Of a DNA stretch of 63,106 bases, positions 56,716 to 63,106 are shown in pieces. The translations under genes were made by a program, and so were the position numbers. Positions within the stretch are counted from its first letter, which is position 1, and the number at the start of each line of letters is the position of its first letter. The DNA comes from a virus (taxonomy: Duplodnaviria > Caudoviricetes): IMG/VR virus record IMGVR_UViG_3300024520_000071, positions 1-63,106 of that record; one strand, 5' to 3'. A model generated the notes under the pieces. It saw only the letters and a program-made list of their open reading frames with translations, had not been told where the DNA came from and searched no databases.

Positions 56716-57850
56716 CAGAAGCCTCCATCATTGTCAGGTTGGGAGTTACTGTGCCCGCATCGTCCGCCTGAACGTGATCGTCGTCAGGTGCGTCCGGTTG
56801 CACGCCGAGATCCTGATACCGGGCACACAGGCCGCGCCACTGTTCAGGTTGCTCCGATGCCAGATCCTTCCAAGCACCGATACGGAAGTGGCTTGCAACG
56901 GCATCGCAGAACTGCTCGCCGCCACATTCCTCGACCAGATCATCAACGTCCGCGCCAGCTTGATTCTCCGGATGGAATTCCTCCGCGAGATCCGTGACCT
57001 CGATCACGTCCTCGTCTTCCCCCGGCGCCGACAGCAGCTTGGTGTACTGCGCGTTCAGCCGTTTCATCTCGACGCCAGCGTTCAATTCCATCTGGGCCAT
57101 CTCGATGCACTGCTTTTGGATCGCGACCAGATCAGCGCCGTGGGTTTCGATGTGAACCACGTAGACGGTCGACCGATGACTTGCGATCCGCCGTGGTGTC
57201 AGGCTCATCGTCAACGGCACGCCGCGGAGACGGCCGGCAGTCAGGGTCTTGATCAGCATGAGACAGCTGTACATGTTGTCCAGGCTAATCTGCGACGTCG
57301 TCCGGAACTTGTAGATGCCGCCCCAGCGCGCCGCTTCCGCGCCGATTACGCATGACAGCGACGAGTGACACTTGAACAGCGGCGCATCGCCCAGCTTCTT
57401 GTCCAGTAGCCGCGCGTCCCATGCCGTCTCGATCGGGGAGTCGAGCTCTTTGCCGACCTTGAGCTTGCCCGTGGACTTCGAGATGCCAAACTCGTTGTAC
57501 TTCCACAGCGTCTTGCCGTCGCTTCGAGCAAGGCAACGGTCGCCATGATAGATCACGTACGCCGCTTGCAGCACAACGTCCGGATCGTCGTCGAGCAGGA
57601 TAATTGGAATCGTCCGCAGCTTCTGGTCGTCGTCGCCGTGAGTCTTGACAAGGCTCGCCATCAGATCCTCGTCCAGTCGCAAGTCGCCGGATTGCTCCCG
57701 GAACATGGTCGTGATTGTGAAGTGATCGTCCTTGCGGGGAACGCGGTAGGTGCCGCCGCCGCGGCTTTGCCGTTCGTCCCCCTTGCCGCCTATTTTAATT
57801 TTACCGAGCTCAACCAGATGCGGTGCTCGGCAGATATCTGCCAGTGCCAT
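56699..57850 (-). CDS. Gp3-like (recombination directionality factor-like) protein
   Basis: ELGKIKIG.KG, P.K.DHF, G.YKFRTTS..S, G.L.GVPL.M.L. Confidence 0.75.
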   Translation of the reverse strand: MALADICRAPHLVELGKIKIGGKGDERQSRGGGTYRVPRKDDHFTITTMFREQSGDLRLDEDLMASLVKTHGDDDQKLRTIPIILLDDDPDVVLQAAYVIYHGDRCLARSDGKTLWKYNEFGISKSTGKLKVGKELDSPIETAWDARLLDKKLGDAPLFKCHSSLSCVIGAEAARWGGIYKFRTTSQISLDNMYSCLMLIKTLTAGRLRGVPLTMSLTPRRIASHRSTVYVVHIETHGADLVAIQKQCIEMAQMELNAGVEMKRLNAQYTKLLSAPGEDEDVIEVTDLAEEFHPENQAGADVDDLVEECGGEQFCDAVASHFRIGAWKDLASEQPEQWRGLCARYQDLGVQPDAPDDDHVQADDAGTVTPNLTMMEASDGTVD

Positions 57851-57896
57851 TGTAGCCTCCCTGTGTGTTGTGGTTGGTGTCCGTCTTTCCGGACTG

Positions 57897-58214
57897 TCAT
57901 TTAGTCATAGACTTCCTTGCCTCCATGTAATCAAAAAGCAGGTCGTTCAGAAATACTGCAACCTGGGTGTCGGTGACGATCTTGCAGTAGTCCGCCAGCT
58001 TGTCGGCCGCGCGCAGTACCTCCTCATGCTCCGGGACGAATTGCCGCAGTGTCGACCAGCAACGTCGCTTCTCGCCATCTTCCGCCTGTCCGTCGTCGTA
58101 TTCTTCCCAACACGGATCGCACCATAGTTCCCCGTCAAGTATTTTCAGATCGCCAGCAGGGTAGCTGTATTGGTCGCGGCACTGGCAGCAGCCGAATAGC
58201 GGTTCGTGTTCCAT
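57897..58214 (-). CDS. Zinc-finger hypothetical protein (paralog of 50209-50508)
   Basis: HEPLF.CCQC..YPA.DL....LWC.PCW; GGAGG RBS. Confidence 0.7.
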   Translation of the reverse strand: MEHEPLFGCCQCRDQYSYPAGDLKILDGELWCDPCWEEYDDGQAEDGEKRRCWSTLRQFVPEHEEVLRAADKLADYCKIVTDTQVAVFLNDLLFDYMEARKSMTK

Positions 58215-58237
58215 GAATATTCCTCCCTGAAAATTAG

Positions 58238-58325
58238 GCACCGATCGCAAAACCAAGGGGGACTTAGCTTGCATTCGAGGGACGAGATGGGGACTCCCGC
58301 GTCGTCAACCTCACGCGCTCGGTAC
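58238..58325 (-). ncRNA. Three-way-junction structured RNA candidate
   Basis: Minus strand GTACCGA/TCGGTGC closing stem, GAGG..GACGA/TCGTC-CCTC arm, GCAA-GCTAAG/CTTGGT-TTGC arm; G-U pairs favour the minus strand. Confidence 0.45.
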
Positions 58326-58345
58326 AACACACGTTAGCAGAGAGG

Positions 58346-58564
58346 CTACCCCTGCGTCGATTGTTTGTCGTGTACGCCGATCGTGTCGCAGCATTGACCG
58401 GTGCGTTCGTCGTAGATTTTCACCTTGTCGATTTCCGGAGCCTTGTACAGATCACGCGCGACGGTTATCGCCAAGTCTGCCTTGAGATTCGGGGTGGAGC
58501 TACACCTTGATCCGTCACTGCGGAATGACTCCACTCTTCGTGTTGCATAGTCCAGGTCCATCAT
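58346..58564 (-). CDS. Hypothetical protein
   Basis: ATGA overlap. Confidence 0.55.
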   Translation of the reverse strand: MMDLDYATRRVESFRSDGSRCSSTPNLKADLAITVARDLYKAPEIDKVKIYDERTGQCCDTIGVHDKQSTQG

Positions 58565-58806
58565 TTGCTCTCGTTATGGGATTGTTTGTTGGTTGAGAGT
58601 TTGATCTTGTCGCGGTAGGCGCGGACGTCGTTGAGGCAGAATTGCCGCCGATGACGGCGAATCGGAATCCCGACTTCCTCAAAGACACCTTGCTTGATCA
58701 GCGTGAAGAATTGCACACGCTTGAGGCCTATGATCTCAGCCGCATCCGCAGCTGTACCGTAGGTCAGCTTACCGCCCGTCGTGGTGTTCTTAATCGTTTT
58801 TGACAT
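58561..58806 (-). CDS. Excisionase/MerR-type HTH DNA-binding protein
   Basis: TAADAAEIIGL....F..LIKQG.F.......R.F...DV..Y. Confidence 0.75.
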   Translation of the reverse strand: MSKTIKNTTTGGKLTYGTAADAAEIIGLKRVQFFTLIKQGVFEEVGIPIRRHRRQFCLNDVRAYRDKIKLSTNKQSHNESK

Positions 58807-58811
58807 GATGC

Positions 58812-58839
58812 AACGTAGTCCAGTGTAAGTGTATAGCAA
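58812..58839 (-). promoter_or_regulatory. Sigma70-like promoter, possibly giving a leaderless mRNA
   Basis: TTGCTA-N16-TACGTT, 5 nt before the ATG at 58806; no SD sequence. Confidence 0.45.
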
Positions 58840-58860
58840 GTACGGGGAAAGAAAACCTTG

Positions 58861-59076
58861 TCACTTGCTTTGATTCAGCACTTTCATGCGTTCGTAGTCG
58901 CAGTGGAACGGGTAATGAATCGCCCAGATCGAGCCGCCGAGGCACGTCCGCACGTACCGCGACTTAGGCCCAGGACCGCATTGCAGCCACTGGCCGCATT
59001 GCAGCTTGAGTGCTCCGAGTCGAAGCGCCGCCGAGATGCCAGGATCCCAAGCGTTGATGGTTGGTAGGTACTTCAT
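58861..59076 (-). CDS. Conserved small phage protein
   Basis: MKY.PTIN.W......A.R.G.LKLQ.GQW.QCG...SR.V. Confidence 0.7.
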   Translation of the reverse strand: MKYLPTINAWDPGISAALRLGALKLQCGQWLQCGPGPKSRYVRTCLGGSIWAIHYPFHCDYERMKVLNQSK

Positions 59077-59456
59077 CGTTCGTACCCCGCTTGAGCTCCG
59101 AGCGCGTCGGCGACTTGGGTCCGCGCGTACTCATCCTCGTCGTTGTTGTCGCACCGGGCGCACCGGTCCGCCTGATCGTCCTGAGTCGCAGTCCACCACG
59201 GTGGCCGCGGTGAGCGCGTGGACTTAGCACCGCACGATGGGCACAGGGGATTGTCGACGACACACGGCGCCAGGATCAGCCCGCAGTCCCGGCACTTGAC
59301 GCCGATGATCCACGGCAGAACCTTGAAGTTCCCGACGTCGTCGTCGAACTCGAAGGTCGTCGGCACTGGCACGAGATGGTGCAGCAGCGCGTTGAAGTTC
59401 TTGCACCGCGGGCAATCCGGCTCGTCGCCGTTCCATGATGTTCGTAGCAGCTTCAT
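59073..59456 (-). CDS. Multi-CxxC protein
   Basis: CPRC, CRDC, CPSC, CARC. Confidence 0.65.
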   Translation of the reverse strand: MKLLRTSWNGDEPDCPRCKNFNALLHHLVPVPTTFEFDDDVGNFKVLPWIIGVKCRDCGLILAPCVVDNPLCPSCGAKSTRSPRPPWWTATQDDQADRCARCDNNDEDEYARTQVADALGAQAGYER

Positions 59457-59460
59457 AGTG

Positions 59461-59769
59461 TCACCAGAGTTTGAGGTTGCGGATAAATTCCCACTGCGCC
59501 GTGAATATACTCAGCAGCGTTGGCGGATCTTCGCCCGGAGGGCAGATGTCTGCCGCGACAACCCAGTTCAGGATCACGATAAACAGGTAGACGACGAAGA
59601 GAATGCCGCCAATCCAAGCAGGGACAAGCCACCACGGATCCGGCTTGCTTTTGTATTCGTAGTCGCAGTGCTTGCACACGACCTTTGTGCTCTTGGTCTT
59701 GTCGCAGTTCGGGCATTTCGGGGCGGGCGTGCTTGAGATAGGCACGGGCATCATCATTGGTGTGTTCAT
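59461..59769 (-). CDS. Zinc-ribbon membrane protein
   Basis: CPNC..CKHC followed by a TM helix. Confidence 0.7.
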   Translation of the reverse strand: MNTPMMMPVPISSTPAPKCPNCDKTKSTKVVCKHCDYEYKSKPDPWWLVPAWIGGILFVVYLFIVILNWVVAADICPPGEDPPTLLSIFTAQWEFIRNLKLW

Positions 59770-59999
59770 GCAGGTTCTCCGTCAGTGATCTCTTGAAGTG
59801 TGTGCTGGATGGTGACCCGCCGGCAATGTGGGTGACCGTCCGGTATCGGGTGACCTGTGCAACGGATATCGACAAAGGAATCGTCCTTCTCGATATAGTC
59901 AATGACGAAACCTTCCTCATCCAACACAACGTCGGTCAGGTACTGTTCCCGCGTAGCTGTAATGCCCGCGCCGCAGATCGTGCATTTGGTGATGTTCAT
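59766..59999 (-). CDS. Hypothetical protein
   Basis: CTIC..C.GH; ATGA overlaps. Confidence 0.6.
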   Translation of the reverse strand: MNITKCTICGAGITATREQYLTDVVLDEEGFVIDYIEKDDSFVDIRCTGHPIPDGHPHCRRVTIQHTLQEITDGEPA

Positions 60000-60415
60000 T
60001 TCGCCAGCCTCCGTGCCGCAGTCACCGCTGGGCATTTCTCGTCACCGTGTTCCAGATCGACGCGCCGTTTCATGTCGTACCGGTCAGCCCATGACCCGCC
60101 GCATTGATAACAGCCCATCTTCTGATGCGCCTCCTGATCGACGATCACGATCGAGTCGCCGCTGATCTCTTCGCTCTCGCAGAACGGGCAGCACAGATTC
60201 GACTCCGGCTCCCCGTGCAGCGACGTGTACAAATCTTTGCCGAGTTTAGTGAAGAGCCGCAGCGTGATGTTCGGCTCGTCGTCAGGCATCACGCCTATCG
60301 TGCGGACGTGCAATTCGTACTGCGTGAAGAACGGCGCGTTCCCGTCCCCCAAGTCTCGCCGTTCCATCTTTAGTGAATCGACGTCGTGGATGCTTACTGT
60401 CGTGGTTTTCATCAT
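59996..60415 (-). CDS. Zinc-ribbon hypothetical protein
   Basis: CPFCES.EI.G....C.QCG.SW.D.Y. Confidence 0.7.
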   Translation of the reverse strand: MMKTTTVSIHDVDSLKMERRDLGDGNAPFFTQYELHVRTIGVMPDDEPNITLRLFTKLGKDLYTSLHGEPESNLCCPFCESEEISGDSIVIVDQEAHQKMGCYQCGGSWADRYDMKRRVDLEHGDEKCPAVTAARRLAK

Positions 60416-60416
60416 C

Positions 60417-60878
60417 TTAGTACCCCATCATTTGCGCGTACTGATCGTACACTGGTTCTTGTGTTTCGTCCTGCCAGTCGGGTTTCCCCCACCCGTCCGG
60501 ATCCTGATAGTCATCGTCCCGCGGGATCGACCGCATCGACGACCAGCGGCACGACCGCGAGCCGCCGCCGCCATGACGACCGTCACAGTCGCGAGAGTCC
60601 GTGTACCACCTTTCGATGATCTTCCCCTCGTCAGCATCGTATTCCCATTCCGTGCTGGTGTAGCTGTATCCTTCCTCGTGCGGCCCGCCTTCGTTGTAGT
60701 TCAGGATCTGGCCAGGGCGAAGGGTGAGCTTGACCCACCCGTCCCCGATCCATACCCAGAAGCAAACATTGCAGGGCGGCAGCTTCGCGAATTCACTGAT
60801 CATAGTCGATCTGCAATCCTGTTCGGCCAGCATTGGCCCAGCATCAATCATGCTGTCGATGATTTCGTCGAGGTTCAT
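60417..60878 (-). CDS. Hypothetical phage protein
   Basis: WVKLTLRPGQ..EEGY..RDCDGR..DQYAQMMGY motif. Confidence 0.75.
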   Translation of the reverse strand: MNLDEIIDSMIDAGPMLAEQDCRSTMISEFAKLPPCNVCFWVWIGDGWVKLTLRPGQILNYNEGGPHEEGYSYTSTEWEYDADEGKIIERWYTDSRDCDGRHGGGGSRSCRWSSMRSIPRDDDYQDPDGWGKPDWQDETQEPVYDQYAQMMGY

Positions 60879-61426
60879 AGCGTGTCCCACTCCCCGGTCT
60901 CGGCATTGTGATACCGGATCTCCGTGCAGCCAGCGTTCGGTGTGCCGTAGTCGTCGAGCGGCGAGAACTCTTGCTCGGCACAGCGGCCGTAGTAGTAGAG
61001 CACACCGTCGTCGTCGTACATCTTGAACTGGTGTCCGCCGCCGTTGACGAGCACAGCGACCTGTGCGTCCGTAATCGTCCGCGGCCCAGTGATCGGTGTC
61101 GCTTCGTTGCACACGCAATTGTAGGTCTCAGTGATAATCCACGGGTAGACGTCGCCATCGTCGTACAAGTGGTCGCCGGGGATCGTCATGGCTATCGGCA
61201 GGCTTGCGACGTAGCCGAGCAGTTCCTTTCTCGTCGGGCAGTCGAGGATCGCATCGTCCAGCAGGACTTGACCGTGAACCCAGAACTTGCCGTACAGCGT
61301 CCAGAACGGCTTGCCGATAGTCTTCCAGTTCCCGATGTCGCCGTCACTGATGCGGTGGACGGAAACAGGATCACTGTCGACCTTGATGCATTTTTCGATG
61401 TGGTAGCTCACATAGTTTTTCATCAC
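60875..61426 (-). CDS. Hypothetical phage protein
   Basis: FKMYDDDG.LYY.G...F.PLDD.G.PNAGCTEI.Y motif. Confidence 0.75.
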   Translation of the reverse strand: MMKNYVSYHIEKCIKVDSDPVSVHRISDGDIGNWKTIGKPFWTLYGKFWVHGQVLLDDAILDCPTRKELLGYVASLPIAMTIPGDHLYDDGDVYPWIITETYNCVCNEATPITGPRTITDAQVAVLVNGGGHQFKMYDDDGVLYYYGRCAEQEFSPLDDYGTPNAGCTEIRYHNAETGEWDTL

Positions 61427-61668
61427 ATTTCCTCTTCGAGTTTCGGGATGTCTTCGAGTTCACTGGCGGCATCGCAGGCAAGATCGTGAGCATTGCGAAG
61501 GGACGTGGCCGCGTTCTCTGCCTCGAGCGCGCGTTCGCCTTCCTGCATGTTCTCCGGAATCGCCGCGACTATGTCGTCCTCGGTGCAAGCGAGCTCGTCC
61601 AGCCGGAGCGAGATGTCGGTCAGTTCGTTGTAGATGGCCGCGGCCAGTTTGCGTCGGGCTATGTTCAT
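61423..61668 (-). CDS. Acidic helical phage protein
   Basis: MN.ARRK.......E......PENMQ.GER. Confidence 0.7.
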   Translation of the reverse strand: MNIARRKLAAAIYNELTDISLRLDELACTEDDIVAAIPENMQEGERALEAENAATSLRNAHDLACDAASELEDIPKLEEEM

Positions 61669-61669
61669 A

Positions 61670-62101
61670 TCAACATTCCTCCGGCAGCGTGTCGGCCATA
61701 GCGCCGCAGTCGATGCATTCCGTTCTGCCGCCGCCGATGCCCCGTGTATTAGAACACGAGCAGGCACCGTCGTCGAGGTTGTCCACGTCGTAGCACGCCA
61801 TCTTTGAAGCGATGTCCGCCATTGCAGCATCACGTTCGGTCTGGCGAGTTAGTACCGCCTCCATGCCATAATTAGTCAGGGCATCTTGCAGGAGCACCAG
61901 ACTCGGAGTGTCCAGCGGTCCCTCGATCCACTTGTGGCCGTCGATGGTCACGGTGATTCGCCGGCTAAACAGGATGTCGAGACGGACGATGATAGCAACG
62001 GCCTCACCGTTGCGTAAAGTCATGAACACTTTGTTGTCGTCTTGTTCCATCGATATGGCGTTGTCGAAGATCCGTTGCAGTTCTCTTTTGAATGTAATCA
62101 T
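61670..62101 (-). CDS. Hypothetical protein
   Basis: Packed ORF with C-terminal CxC..CxxC. Confidence 0.6.
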   Translation of the reverse strand: MITFKRELQRIFDNAISMEQDDNKVFMTLRNGEAVAIIVRLDILFSRRITVTIDGHKWIEGPLDTPSLVLLQDALTNYGMEAVLTRQTERDAAMADIASKMACYDVDNLDDGACSCSNTRGIGGGRTECIDCGAMADTLPEEC

Positions 62102-62277
62102 TTGCTCACCTTGGTTGCCTGTGGTTTAGTTCGAATGATGTGGACGGCAACATCGACGACCGTGCCCACCTCGTCCGCCGACAGTGGCGAACGAAGGGGC
62201 ATGGTCTGGCGATGGTAACATCCGCGCGATGTGATCATCACGGTCGTACGGGATTGGACCTTTGCTTTCAATTGCGA

Positions 62278-63000
62278 TTATCCCCGCTTCGGCATGATGA
62301 TCGTCGTCATGCGTCCGGAGCAGGATATCCCGCCAGTGGTAATCCGTACCGGTTCCATGGCGGCATAGTTGCCTTTGATGTGCGCCCGGATGGATTCGGC
62401 CAGCGTCGTTCGGTGCGCCATCCCGCTGACGGTGTCGCCGTCATAGTAGTCTGGCGCCGCTTCCCGCATGTCCTCGATCACAGCCTCGATCACAGCCTGT
62501 GCGGGCGTTGCCGGATAGTCCAGGGTCAACGTCGCAACATCCGCGAGCTTCGCGACCTTGCACACCTTCGCGAGCATATCCACGTCGAGATGGGCAATGT
62601 AGCCTTCCGGTCGATCCGGAATGACTTGCTCATACTTCGGGTACACATCGTCGGGCGTCGGCATGTTCATTGACGCATCAATCGTCCCGTACTGCGACAT
62701 GACTTGGACTGACGTGGTCCCGTGGTCGTTGACGATACTTACCTGCTTTGTCTTGGCCGTGGACGTGATCGATTTCGCGAAATCCTTGGACAGCAGGAAC
62801 GGATCGCAGGGTTGCGGAATCAATTCGTCGTCCTCGCGCGCCGGTTGTTCGGGCAGGTCCATCATCACCAGCAGCTTCCCGTTGCTGGCGACGGTCTTGT
62901 CAGGTAGGCACAGGACGTTGCGGATCGCCGCCCGTGCGTCGGTCCCGGTGAATTCGTGAAGGGCGAGATTTGCCTTGTCGTACTGCATTGGTAGCCTCAA
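62278..63000 (-). CDS. DNA polymerase III beta-clamp-like protein (partial-domain phage type)
   Basis: VASNGKLL resembles VATDGHRL; YPKYEQVIP resembles FPDY..VIP; C-terminal IIMP.R. Confidence 0.7.
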   Translation of the reverse strand: MRLPMQYDKANLALHEFTGTDARAAIRNVLCLPDKTVASNGKLLVMMDLPEQPAREDDELIPQPCDPFLLSKDFAKSITSTAKTKQVSIVNDHGTTSVQVMSQYGTIDASMNMPTPDDVYPKYEQVIPDRPEGYIAHLDVDMLAKVCKVAKLADVATLTLDYPATPAQAVIEAVIEDMREAAPDYYDGDTVSGMAHRTTLAESIRAHIKGNYAAMEPVRITTGGISCSGRMTTIIMPKRG

Positions 63001-63106
63001 TGGTGATCGTTGCGGTTGATTAGGTCTGGTCGTCGTCGCGCGGTTCCTCCGGCACCACTAAGAATTGATAGTTGCAGAATGTTCGAGCGCATCGATGGCG
63101 CTGGAT
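62637..63106. repeat. Terminal direct repeat, right copy (imperfect)
   Basis: Matches 1-470 with offset 62636. Confidence 0.95.

Noticed and set aside
1-63106. Stop-codon reassignment
   Set aside because: Core genes are uninterrupted in the standard code, all three stops are used, and no suppressor anticodon is seen

Overview
Apparently complete genome (~62.6 kb unique) of a tailed dsDNA phage with podovirus-type virion genes. Positions 1-470 recur colinearly at 62637-63106 with about 32 clustered mismatches. The minus strand carries many small, often CxxC-rich early genes, a beta-clamp-like protein, a RecE-like exonuclease with a Gp3-like partner, a DUF3127-type SSB, a replication initiator plus DnaC-like ATPase, TerS/TerL and a RusA-like resolvase. 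The plus strand (13.9-47.3 kb) is one late operon: portal, scaffold, major capsid, adaptors, class-3 lipase, beta-helix tail spike, a stand-alone response-regulator receiver coupled to a holin-like gene, nozzle, GNAT, ejection proteins, a 3859-aa PLxRFG polyvalent protein, and three signal-peptide-bearing proteins. I recognised no integrase, DNA/RNA polymerase or peptidoglycan endolysin. The most unusual elements are: (i) an antisense cassette of five back-to-back structured RNAs ending in tRNA-Asn (9.3-9.7 kb); (ii) a complete atypical tRNA(GCA) embedded inside a CDS; (iii) a receiver-holin-lipase set without an evident endolysin; (iv) a fibre-like repeat protein with a Sec-type signal peptide; (v) a RusA-like locus whose motifs are split over two overlapping frames. 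All family calls come from motif recognition by eye, not from database searches.
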